DNA of 64,000 nucleotides from Batkoa obscura (Eukaryota): NCBI GenBank assembly GCA_030770535.1, contig JASVEC010000001.1, positions 1,736,001 to 1,800,000 of the forward strand, read 5' to 3'. Shown piece by piece: positions 37,177 to 48,669 of this stretch (position 1 is its first letter; each line of letters starts with the position of its first letter). The notes under the pieces were generated by a model. It saw only the letters and a program-made list of their open reading frames with translations, ran no database searches and was not told where the DNA came from. The position numbers and the translations under genes were made by a program.

Positions 37177-37993
37177 ATAAAGTTATTTTGGTAAATACAT
37201 TACTTTTTACTTAGTTATATGCATTATTGAATATAATATCAGCAGTTTATGTAGTTTATTACTGTAAAATTTACCTAAAATAAAGAATTTGATTATAAAG
37301 GAGTTGATAAAATTAAATTAAATGCTACTACAAAATTAAATTAAACGTGTCTTGGACATTTCTGATTTTATATTACCTAAATCTGACTATAAAGGTTTAT
37401 TCTACTTTTCTGTTAAGTAAATACAAAAATAAAAATGCCCAAGCTACGTCTGATTTATTTTGTAGCAAAATCTTTATACAACATACAAATCCAATATACA
37501 ATAGCAGTGGTTTTCTAAAACCACCTTTTAATTACAATTCAATCTTAAATCAATTGTTGATAAAATATTAAACTCTGCTCCTCAATTCATACTTTATCAC
37601 ATTTGAAGTGGGTGCTTTTTTGAGGTTAAAAGCGTATATTTAAAGATTTTAACTCACATTGAATTTTTTGTACTACTGTTATAAGCTAAACGTGGATTAG
37701 GCATTTTCAATAATATATTTTCGAAATTTAACTGTCACTCACTGTATTTTCTATTTTTAGTTTTGTAAATATGAGATTAAAATGTCCAATCCATGTTTAA
37801 CTTATAACAATAGTACAAAAAATTAACTCAATTTATTCTAGAAAGCTAGGCACAATGATTTGATTATTTCAAGACGCATCAGCAAATTAAATAAATTAAA
37901 CTAATAAAATTAATCAAAAACCCACAATTTAATTATCTCAAAATTTTGCTCGGGGAATAAAAATGCAACCACTCTCATTGATTGATCTTTACA

Positions 37994-38182
37994 ATCCTCT
38001 CAAGCCTTTTGGCTAAGATCAAGTGTAGTATCTGTTCTTTTCAGTTTAATAACTGAAATTAAGTCTACGGACTTAAATGTTATTAACTCAATCTTTGGTT
38101 TTCGGAGAAAGCATTGGGCTTGCTCAATGCCTCTCCACAGGTTTCCCTTGTATTGCACTACCGCAGGGTGAAGCCGAACTCT
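37994..38182 (+). ncRNA. U2: U2 spliceosomal snRNA, second identical copy
   Basis: Reverse complement of 30654-30842. Confidence 0.97.
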
Positions 38183-38746
38183 CATAATAATACTAAATTA
38201 AATTTCTAAAAAACAATCTAGAAATTATTTTCACTTTTGAATATAATAAGTAACCAAATCAAGATTAGATAAATTTGACTTCAAAATAAAAAATATTTTG
38301 GTGTATCAATAATCGACTTAGATTCTAATATCGGATAGTGTTAATCCACTCTTGTTATTTTGATATTTCGATACTTTAAATTTTGAAAACACTATTGCTG
38401 AAGCTACTTAAGGAACCTTATGTCATTCAGTTTACAATTTTCCTTATCTCCATTAACAAAACAGTTGGGAGCTTCACTCCTTCAATAATTAAAAAAAAGC
38501 TACTTGAAGATATAAAAAATACTTTTATTGAAATACATTTTAAAAATAGCCTAACATACAATTGATTAATTATATGTACTTTATTCAGCTAAAAAGCTAT
38601 TCTTTTTACTAAAGTAATAGTTGTTAAACGAAATAAATTAAAACTTTTGAATGTACATATAGTTCAATAATAAAAAATATAGCTAAAATTATTTAATAAA
38701 TGCAAACATTATAAAGTATAAACGCAAACCAACTGTGCATTTTTGG

Positions 38747-38887
38747 TTAGAAGCCATGACGGGGGCGATGGACTATCTTAGGCGAAGAGCCCTCATTATC
38801 AGGATCAGAATATTGGCTAAAATCTTGAGGTAAAGCAAGACATACGTTAATGTAAATGAGAAGGATAGTTAAGAAGTATAAGTTCAT
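38747..38887 (-). CDS. Small secreted peptide precursor, 46 aa (not in ORF track)
   Basis: MNLYFLTILLIYINVCLA-LPQDFSQYSDPDNEGSS-PKIVHRPRHGF*; paralog of 29969-30124. Confidence 0.75.
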   Translation of the reverse strand: MNLYFLTILLIYINVCLALPQDFSQYSDPDNEGSSPKIVHRPRHGF

Positions 38888-39577
38888 TTTTTATTTTTAA
38901 AACACTGTTGGTACGAAATTTCTTCCTTTTATACCTATTGTACAACATTGAACTACCTTAAGCAACAATGGCTAAATAAGGGATATATTTTTTATAAATT
39001 TTAAGGATGATAGTTGAGTATTTTTGATCCTATTAATCTTCACCTTTTTTCCTTAAACTAAGGTTTATCATTACCAGTATTAGAATATTCTATTAATTAC
39101 ATCAAATTCTATTTGTTTATGAAACCAAAATAGTTTCTTATCCCTCAAATAGTAAATAAGCATTATCATATTTCAATATGAAATGGGCTAGTAAATGCTT
39201 TCTAATAAGAAGAAAGTCGCTCCCTACTAAAAACCTTCCTAAAAGTTATATAGCTATCTCTCCCTGACCTACCCCTTTCACCTTGACCTTCATCTCCTAC
39301 ACCCACCTTGAATTTTTTCCATAAATAAAAAGGCTTGGGAACCGATTGGGGTTCCTTTAAGATTTTTAAAAAGCTTTATCTATAATACATGGGATAATTT
39401 GAACATAAACTCAATTTTATTCTGGTTTGAACTTGTTAAAAAAGTAAATTAAGACAAGTACTTGATAAAGGTTCTTTTTATAATTTGAATAAATCATGAG
39501 AATATTTTGTATTTTATTACTTTATTAATAATTGCATTTAATAAAACTCATTATGATACTCAAACAGTAAAAAATAT

Positions 39578-39672
39578 GGGGATATATTTTTTTGTTTAAG
39601 AATTTTACTAATTATTCTACTCCAAGTAACGCTTGAAAAATGGAAAGCGATGGAATCAAAAAAAACATCACT
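39578..39672 (-). mobile_element. MITE family 1 (diverged)
   Basis: ATAT-GGGGATATATTTT...AAAACATCACT-ATAT. Confidence 0.8.
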
Positions 39673-39932
39673 ATATGTAAGGTTACAAAAAGCTATAAGC
39701 AGGGCTCCCTTTTATTATTTTGAATTTTATCTATAAACTTTGAGACTTTGAGATTAAAGTATAGTACTATTAGCCAAGATATTTATTCTATTAAAATATA
39801 AAGTAGCTTTTCTACAATAAATTTAAATATATATTTGAATATATGCTACTGTTTTTATTATTATTTTTTTATGGTATTGCTTATTTTAGTCGCTTTTTTA
39901 ATTTGTATTTTTTTTTTTTGAAAAATACCACA

Positions 39933-41484
39933 ATGACGTCATCTATTTTTCGATTTTATAGCCTGAATAAGTTGACATGTTTTCAATTTCTAATAAATTG
40001 TCAAAATGAGAATTATAAACAACTTAGTAAATCGTCAACTTCAATTAATCACTAGAAGGAATATAGCTACTTCAGTAAATCAACGTATAAGAAGAGCATT
40101 ATTTTATGGTAACTCAAGTTTGAGAAATAGAATTAATTAACATTTCAAAAGTTCCAGGTAGTGACCCAAGGAAGTTAACTAGCAGTATGAAACTAACAGC
40201 TGATTGTTTAACTTATGATCTTGAAGATTCGGTACCATTTCAGTCAAAAGACTTAGCTAGAAACCAAGTTTTGGCTACTTTAAACGTAGTTTATTCTTAT
40301 TTGCTTTGTAAAATTTCACTAAAGTTCTTGAAAGGAATCAACAAATACTATTAGTGAAAGAGCAGTTCGTATCAACCATGTTGGCTCTGGTAATAATATA
40401 ATATTTTTTTATTAAAATGTATTACTTAATGTATTAGGATTTGAGCATGATGATCTTGACATAATAGTAAATCTAAAACACTGTTCTAGATTCAATATAC
40501 TAATTAGTTAGTTAAAAAGTGAGAATTTGCAGGCTATTGTCATACCCAAAGTTCAAAGTAGTCATGATATAAGCTTTGTTTCACATATGATTGATTTAAA
40601 GAAAAACCCTAAAAAGTAGAACTGTTTAATATAAAGTCAATATCTATTAATATTTCAAAGTAAAAATGAGATTGCTATCATTGCATCTATTGAGAGCGCA
40701 TTGGCGATAATGAATTTACAAGAGATTGCTAAAAGCGATAAAAAATTGAGTGGATTGATTGTAAGTAACTTTATTTTAAAAGTGGCCGTTAACTTGTTTT
40801 AGTTTGCTGCTGAAGACTTCTGTGCGGACTTAGGTATACTGTTGAAACTTTTGAGAGTATTTGTTAATTTTAAAAAGGATTGAAGCGTACTAGTGATAGA
40901 AAAGAAATGTTGTATGCTAGAAGTGCTATGGTTACCACAGCAAAAGCTTATCAATTACAAGCTATTGATTTGGTAATAACAGTGATGCCATAAAATTAAA
41001 TTATTAATAAATATAGGTATGTTTGGAGTTTAAAGATAGTGAAATATTAAAGCAAGAATGTGAAGAAGGGTATCAAATGGGATTTACTGGGAAGGTACAT
41101 TGTTCTAAAATAATTGTATTTGTTTTATGTCTTTTGTAGCAAGCTATTCATCCAAACCAAGTTTCACTGATTCAATCTAAGTTTATCCCAGATGACAAAG
41201 GTATTTAATTCAAACGCACTAGCTAGACTTTTATTCACTTTATTAGAGATTGAAAAGGCAACAAAGATATTAGAAGGTAAGAAATTAGTCGATTCAGTAG
41301 GACTAAATTAAAATGTTAGGTTACGAAAAACATAGTCTAAAAGGATTCGGGGCGTTCGAGTTAGACGGCCAAGTGTAATATTATCTAAAATTACTTTACT
41401 TTAAATTTTAATATTTATTTAAATAGCATCGATCTTCCAGTGGTGAAATGGGCTGAAAGAGTTTTAGCTAGAGTACCTAAATAA
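39933..41484 (+). CDS. Citrate lyase beta-like (CitE/CLYBL, HpcH/HpaI family), multi-exon with micro-exons
   Basis: RRALFYVPGSD, YDLEDSV, AVRIN, VIPKV, IASIESA, FAAEDFCAD, GFTGKQAIHPNQ, IDLPVVKWAERVL. Confidence 0.92.
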
Positions 41485-41532
41485 ATCACCTAATCATTAT
41501 TTTACCACTTTAATTTTATATTTCACTAATGA

Positions 41533-42326
41533 TTATAAACAGTCTAAAACATATGTAGCATGCTCTTTCTCTAAATCTTCTAAAAAAGTATCCATTTCAA
41601 CGTCTGGGAATGCATCTAATAAATCATCAAATTCTTTTTCATTATTTTCTGAATCATATTTTTGAGTCCAGTTCTCTTCTTTGTACCATTTGTTCTAAAA
41701 AAATTAATCATGATATTTAATTTAATAAATATATTTACTCTTTCTCTATCTTCTTCAATCTTCTTCCATATATCCTCTTTAGGAATATTCAAAACTTTAG
41801 TTTCTCTAATCTATAATAAGTAAATAGTTGTTATATTAAAATAAAATCACCTGAAGTTTCTACAGTTAACTTTTTGCTCCATCTCATCAATAATTTTATC
41901 GCTAAATGCATTTTTACTCCTTAAAAGCTTAACAGTCTAAAAATAAACATTGTTCATGAATAACAATTATTAAGCTACCTTTTTGACATTTGATAAATTA
42001 ATTAAACCTAAAGGATCGCAAGGCAATAAGCCGTCTAATATCGAGTCGAAATTCTTATAAAACAATTTACGAAAATTTGCACTAAATTGTAGTGTTGGCA
42101 GCTTAGAATCCTTCTCATCAATACAACAACACTCTAGCAAATAAAAATAATTGATTCTATTTAAAAATGGTTGACTGTGAATCCTTTCTAAAATGCAATG
42201 AAATAGATCTAACGAGTTGGATGAGTATTTGATACAATATTGTTTTAATCCTTTTAAAACGCTCTGTTTAACACCTAAATTTACTAGCTTTGTTTGGAAC
42301 TCTTGTCTTATTGTGAAACCACTCAT
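41533..42326 (-). CDS. CTK3: CTD kinase I gamma subunit (multi-exon)
   Basis: FTIRQEF..DLFHCILERI..NRINYFYLLE N-domain and KIEEDRER..KEENW C-terminal motif. Confidence 0.8.
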
Positions 42327-43112
42327 TTTTATAATAGTCGATTTTTTGTATTGATTTTTATTAAAATGATTAATAAAAATTAAGTTTGATATAGAATTTA
42401 TTCAGTTAGAAAGAGATTGTTAAGTCTCAAATTGCAAAAAGCTTAAAATGCATCCATAAGTTCTTTAAACTCATGCACAATTTAGATTATCTTTTAACAA
42501 ATCATAATATTTGGATACTAGTTAGACTATATTTCATTAATAAAATTTCAACTTTAAATATTTTAATATACAAAAATGAATAACAATAATGCCACAATAG
42601 CAGTTTTATTATGTAATGAAATGTTTTATTTTTTTGGTGTTATAGATTATTAAATTAAAAACTGATAATTTAATTCTAAAATCAGACAAAACTGTTCATT
42701 GTTTGATTTACCAAAATAGAAACAAGCTGTTTAAAGTTACATTTTAAAAAGTTGATCCATTATAATTAAACATCAAATAATTTTTAATAAATCAAAATTT
42801 ATCCTTATTATATCATTTAAATATATAATATATATAGTAATATATATAGTAATATATACAATTCAATATGATTGTCTGAAGATAACATAAAACGAGGCAA
42901 AGTTGTCAATTAAACAACTTTAATTTAACTATCTACTTTATTTTACTTTGTTAAATATGGATGATCTTAGTACAATATTTGAAAATGAAGAGTATAAATA
43001 AACTTTAGAATTTCATAAATATTACTAAAAAAACCCAACCAAATATCAAATATTAAACATTAAATATTAAATATTATATAATCATATATAAGCTGTGCTT
43101 TTAAAAAATAAG

Positions 43113-43649
43113 ATGACCTTAATTACTCGTATTGCTGGTTTTATTACCTTCTTAGCCCTCCCTCAAATCTTAGGTTATAGTTCTGGTTCTCATGTACGTA
43201 AATATGCTAAAACTTACTATCCAGAATTAAAGAAACCAATTTGGGCCCCACCAAGAGCTCTTATTGGTACCATTTGGACACTTATGTATTTATTCCAAGG
43301 AATCGCTAGTTATTTAGTATGGCGTCAAAAGATTCTCAATAATACTAGTGTTAAAGTTCAATTGGTTTTATATTGTATTCAATTGTTCTTCAACGTTAAC
43401 TTTTGTCCACTTTTTTTTAGAGTTAAGTCTCCTTTCTTAGCTTTGGTTGATCATCTGTTTACTTTAATATTTGCTGTGTTCGCTACTCTCACTTTCATTC
43501 CAGTAAGTTCCACTGCTACCATTCTTATGTTACCATATATTGCTTATTTAGTTGTTTCTGGTTATCTCTGTAAGAGAGTATGGAGACTTAATCAAGGACG
43601 TACTATAAACGCTGCTGTACAACCTGCTCTCGTGGCCATTGAACAATGA
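43113..43649 (+). CDS. TSPO: TspO/MBR (translocator protein) family membrane protein
   Basis: YPELKKPIWAPP..IWTLMY..GIASYLVW, QLFFN..PLFF, MLPYIAY; about five hydrophobic segments; first ATG at 43113. Confidence 0.9.
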   Translation: MTLITRIAGFITFLALPQILGYSSGSHVRKYAKTYYPELKKPIWAPPRALIGTIWTLMYLFQGIASYLVWRQKILNNTSVKVQLVLYCIQLFFNVNFCPLFFRVKSPFLALVDHLFTLIFAVFATLTFIPVSSTATILMLPYIAYLVVSGYLCKRVWRLNQGRTINAAVQPALVAIEQ

Positions 43650-43822
43650 TGGCCTATTGGCATTCTCAGTTTTAGAATATTTATAAATGTAAATTTGTGA
43701 ATACAAACTTTTATAGTGAAATAGAGTATCTCTCTATTGCTAGATTATAAATAAATTATTAACTTAAATTTGTTATTTTCGATTATAGTATAAAAACATC
43801 TCTGTAAATTATAAAATTTGGG

Positions 43823-43894
43823 TAAGGGTAGAATACTGTAATATCAACTTTACTCTACTTGATAAAATAGTTGATATCGCAGTACTCTGCCTTA
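43823..43894. repeat. Imperfect inverted repeat (hairpin)
   Basis: TAAGGGTAGAATACTGTAATATCAACT ... AGTTGATATCGCAGTACTCTGCCTTA. Confidence 0.7.
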
Positions 43895-43993
43895 GCGCTT
43901 AATAAATAGCTGCTTTTTTGATGAATTTGATTTTATTATAGAAACTCAAATTAATACAAAACGTTATCCATTTTACTATTTTTTATTTTCAAA

Positions 43994-46082
43994 ACGAATG
44001 AAAAGGGTACCCAACAGTAATAAAAAAAGAAATTAAAAACATAATTTTATAAGATGTTATAGTGTTAAGTGACGATGACGATATGATAAAAGAAGTTCAA
44101 TCTATCTACGAGCCCAGTTATTTAGATGGGAAGTTTTCAATGACATGTTTAAAATATCATAACGATGGAGTTAAGATCGAAGGCTTAATAAATAAAGTAA
44201 ATAATTAATTAACAGTAAATATGATTAAATATAAAAGGAATAAAATCATCTTCAAAAAGGATTATTTGCAAGCTATGGTATGGATATGGGATGGTTGTTA
44301 AATAAGTTACCTAATGATTGAAAAAATATTTGTTGTACATGAACAAGACTCAAATGTAACTAGTTATTGAAAATTTGAATTGCAATCTGATGATTTAGGA
44401 CGAAGTTGTCAATGCAGACGAAAGCACTTTAGTAGTTGCTCCCATAATATATTGTAGTTCTATGCATGTTAAACTTGTGTTATTTATCGTACTTTTTTAA
44501 GAGTTGTTATAGGATCCGCTAACTTGGTATTTGATTTAGTTATCTAATGTTAATAGTTCATGATAACTAAGGTTGATTTTGATTGGGAATTAGTAGAAAA
44601 TGTAAGCTTGTTTCATACTAAAGTGCCATTTATTCTTTAGGCTGTTTTTGTTCAAGATTTTCCAAAATTAAATGTGATAGATAGCAAGGTAAAAGTTGAA
44701 ACAAAAGTCCAGACAGATATTAAACTAAAATCTGAAGTAAAATATAAGTCGGAAAGTGAGAACCATGATGTGAAAGATGAGTCAGATAGCAAGAATTTTG
44801 ATATTAAAGACGAGATAAACGACAAAGTTTATAATTTGAGTAGATCTTTTCTTAGAGACTTAAAGAGGTTTTTAGAGATACTTGATGTCCCGAGAAGCGT
44901 TTATAGCACTCTCTATAGATGCAACTTTTTTTTAGTCAAAGTAAATTAATTACATTTTAAAAATAAACTATAACTATTCAATAGGTAGCTTTAGTTACCC
45001 CTTGTCCATTTTCAAAGAAACCGAATCAACGATACAAATCCTTTATAAATGGGATATATAAGTATTTTGATCCAGAATCAATATCTGAGGATATTGTGGC
45101 GTATAAAGTAGCTGCTTTAAAAATATTTTTAGTCCGATTATTTACATAAAGATGTTCGCTTTAGGAAATTTAACAAAATGATTTATAGAAGACTTTTTAA
45201 ATCAACTTTATCTAGAGGCTTATAGAACTGGTTTAAAATTAGTTTTTCATAGTCATGAAATAGTAGTCAATTTTACATTGGAAACAGAGGTAATCATTTA
45301 AAAGAGTTAATTTGAAGTGGCTTATATAAATAGGAAGGTAAAACTATATTTTTTAATCTTAAAAAGTACCAAAAGTCGAAAAGAGCTTTCAACAAATACT
45401 TCATGATTGCATAGCATTAAGAGCTGGCTCACTAAGTCATTACAAAGCGAGTTTATACAATACATCATATTATTTATAATTTATAGTTATAGACTATCTA
45501 TGGGACATTGAAGCTAAATAAACCGAATAATTCGAACATTTTTAAACTAGAAGGTGTTGAATCAAATATGATAAAAGAAGGAGAAAATGAATTAAATACG
45601 ATAAAATAAGAAGAAAACGAACCAAACTTAACTAAAGTACAAAAAAATGAATTGAGCATGGTTAAAGCTGAAGAAAGTGAATCGAACATTAATACGATAA
45701 AATATGAATCAAACATTAAAACAGTAATTAGAGGATATGATACAAGTTCATGATTTTATTGTGGAAGTCATAATTTTTCAAAGGTGGCATGGTAAATTTA
45801 AAATAGCATAGCTTATGCAAAATTAACATTTATCTAAGCGGAGATATAGAATCATATGATGATGATAGCGAATATGATTATGGATATGATTATGGATATG
45901 AAGATAGATATGAAAATAAATATGAAAGACTAGTCAGTACAAATAACCATGAGTTGGGAGTTGTAGCTTATTATGGTAATAATAAAAATAAATACGTTCC
46001 TGCTATAGTAATTTATCTTAATCCTCCTCCTGCTTATAGACTTCAAACAGAGCCTTGGATTCAAAAAGCATTGAGATATTAG
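43994..46082 (+). pseudogene. TDP1: Tyrosyl-DNA phosphodiesterase 1-like pseudogene, copy 1
   Basis: MHVKLVLF/YRTFLRVVIGSANL (frameshifted), ENAVFVQDFP, LHDCIALRAGSLSHYK, *FYCGSHNFSKVAW, NHELGVV, EPWI; stops and frameshifts. Confidence 0.85.
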
Positions 46083-46201
46083 CCTTTTATATTAATGATC
46101 TTTATAGAATAAAAGTGTCACTTAAATGATAATAGCTTGATTTAACAAGTTAGATTTATTAAAACTGTTAGATAAAAGAATAGCAAAAAGTGGTAGAAGA
46201 C

Positions 46202-47734
46202 TTAGTTCAAGTATTTAGGTTGATTGCTAATCACTGCTGGCTGCCATTTAATCTTACTAGGTTGAATAACACGCTTACTTTTTTTGTTTTTTTGTTTGGT
46301 ATAAGACTCTACCAAAGTATCTGATAAATAAATAACATATTCATTTCTATAATATCTTAAAGCACCAATAGAGAATAAAGTATGAATAATATCTTGAGTT
46401 GTAAATGAAGTTATTAAAGAAAGGTTTTCAATTGAAACACTAGATTTAGGTTCTGCTTCTTTCATATTTAATAATATCTCAATAATTGTATCTGTCCAAA
46501 AAGCACGATAAGATAACAACCCTAAATCAGATAATGGTTTTTCTGGTGATCCCACCTTTTTTTCAATTTTTGATAACTCATAACTAAACTGTATAAGTAA
46601 ACGACCAAAACCCTTCCTTTGATATTGAGGTAAAGTTAAAATACAAGCCAAATTATAATTTTCTAAACTTTCTTTTTCTTTTGAAAAATAACCTATCATA
46701 TGGCAACCATGAGCATCGTTTTGAGTCATTACATAGAATAAAAAGGGATCCACATCATAATAAAGGGTTTTGTGATCTAAAAATAATTTAGACAACAAAC
46801 ATAACCATCGACAATATTTCTTTTGAAGTCGACCATCCAATTCAAAAAAGGATATATCTCCACTACGATAAATTTCTCTTCCAGGTGGATGTTTTAAAGT
46901 ACATTTTGCTCTATGACGACCAAACTGGGTTATATTTTTAAGTGGTATAAGACAAAACTCACATAAATAGATCTTATCTGAATGGGCCATTTCTGGTGGA
47001 TATGGTGAAAAGTACCAAGATTCCACTTCATATTTACCCATAACTATATTATTTAAATTTTTGACTCTAGATATTTCATGGATATTTTGGGTCATTGAAC
47101 CTGAAGTTCTTAACCTTTCAAGTTCTTTTTTCTTAGCACTTTTTTCTTCTTCTTCTCCTGGTGCACCCCAGTAACTTCCATCCAATTGATCTTTTTTCCT
47201 GAGTGCTGGTGAGTCTTTACCATTTGTTTTAAACTGAACCGCATTAGTTAACGTTTTTTCTAAGTCATCTAAAGAGTGAGAACCTTCTACACCACCTGTT
47301 GGTGGTTTTGTGCCTTTTGGGTATTCAATGGGGTGTGATAGATCTAATCGATTAAAAGGCACCCATTCGTCTAACCTTTTATTAAACTCACAATAATGAA
47401 CATAAAACTCTAAACCACTAGCTTCAGTTTGTTCTTCAAACGCTTTTTTTCTAACGGATAAAATTTCTGCTTTCCTATATTCTCCTTCTTCTTCATCTCT
47501 CCTATGCTTTTTAAAGACTAATAACTTACATCCAATTAAAATATGCTTTAATATAATCTTTAATTGTCGATAACTTAGTTTTGAAATATTAGGCGTTAGC
47601 TCACTGATGGGTAATAATTCTTCTTCAATTTCTTCTTTAATTATTAATGGCAATGCCTTATCTACATCTATTCTTGGGGTTATACTCCGTCCTTCTTTTT
47701 CCACATTTAGTTTTTGTTTCTTGGTGATGACCAT
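46202..47734 (-). CDS. ESA1: MYST histone acetyltransferase Esa1/Tip60
   Basis: Chromo-barrel YVHYCEFNKRLDEWV, WYFSPYP, LFLDHKTLYYDV, QYQRKGFG, SPEKPLSDLG. Confidence 0.96.
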   Translation of the reverse strand: MVITKKQKLNVEKEGRSITPRIDVDKALPLIIKEEIEEELLPISELTPNISKLSYRQLKIILKHILIGCKLLVFKKHRRDEEEGEYRKAEILSVRKKAFEEQTEASGLEFYVHYCEFNKRLDEWVPFNRLDLSHPIEYPKGTKPPTGGVEGSHSLDDLEKTLTNAVQFKTNGKDSPALRKKDQLDGSYWGAPGEEEEKSAKKKELERLRTSGSMTQNIHEISRVKNLNNIVMGKYEVESWYFSPYPPEMAHSDKIYLCEFCLIPLKNITQFGRHRAKCTLKHPPGREIYRSGDISFFELDGRLQKKYCRWLCLLSKLFLDHKTLYYDVDPFLFYVMTQNDAHGCHMIGYFSKEKESLENYNLACILTLPQYQRKGFGRLLIQFSYELSKIEKKVGSPEKPLSDLGLLSYRAFWTDTIIEILLNMKEAEPKSSVSIENLSLITSFTTQDIIHTLFSIGALRYYRNEYVIYLSDTLVESYTKQKNKKSKRVIQPSKIKWQPAVISNQPKYLN

Positions 47735-48183
47735 TGCTTACTTTGAGGTATAGTCTTTAGAAGGTTTAGCTAAGCCCACATACAATCTCTTTAATACTTT
47801 TGTTTGATTGGTTTATATGTTTTTAAACTAATCAGATTGGTCAGTTAAAATTCAAAACATTTAGATTGACTTTATTTCTTATTTTGATCACTATTAGATA
47901 ACTATTAGTTTTATATGATTTATTGTTATATAAATAGCTATTTAAATATTTATACTACGGATCCCCCCTTACAATAATGAACGTTGTATTATGTAGTAAT
48001 ATATGCGCCTCCTTATTACTTTATTTAACGTTTATAGTCTTATCATTTAAGCAAATATAGCTTACACTATTTTTTGATTGATTAAGCCAATTAAAATCGA
48101 GTTTAATTTAATTCCCATAAAAAACTGAATTTAAATATTTCAAAAACTCAATCCGTTTTTAATCGAAATATTAATAATAAGCA

Positions 48184-48669
48184 ATGTTACATTTATTTGG
48201 GGTGAATTTACCGGATAAAAAAGTAGTTCGAGTAGCCTTGACTTACATCTATGGTATTGGACCTATGACAGCCGAAAAGATATGTCATCAATTATATATC
48301 CATAGAGAATGTAAATTGAAAGAGTTAGATGAAAATAAAATTAATCAACTTTCAGAAGTATTATCAAAATTAACTATTCAACAAGATTTAAAAAGACAAG
48401 AAAACAAAAATATTCAAGGCTTAAAAAGTATCAATTGTTATGTTGGTAGAAGACACGCTATGGGTTATCCAGTTCATGGTCAAAGAACTCGTAACAATTG
48501 TAAAACAGCTAAAAGATTAAATTCTAAAAGAGGGTTTATGAGGTAAATAATTATTGAAATTAAATCTATTTTTTAATATTTAATAATAATACTTTTATTT
48601 TTTTATAGTATCGCTGAGAGTATTAAATCCCCTATACAACGCTTTTTGGAGTTCAAATATGAAAATTAG
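48184..48669 (+). CDS. SWS2: Mitochondrial ribosomal protein uS13m
   Basis: VALTYIYGIG, YVGRRHAMGYPVHGQRTRNN; probable short last exon after GTAAAT..TAG (otherwise ends at 48546). Confidence 0.9.

Noticed and set aside
44405..44450. CQC..C.H SWIM-like zinc finger
   Set aside because: Off-frame reading; the surrounding sequence carries Tdp1 motifs in another frame.
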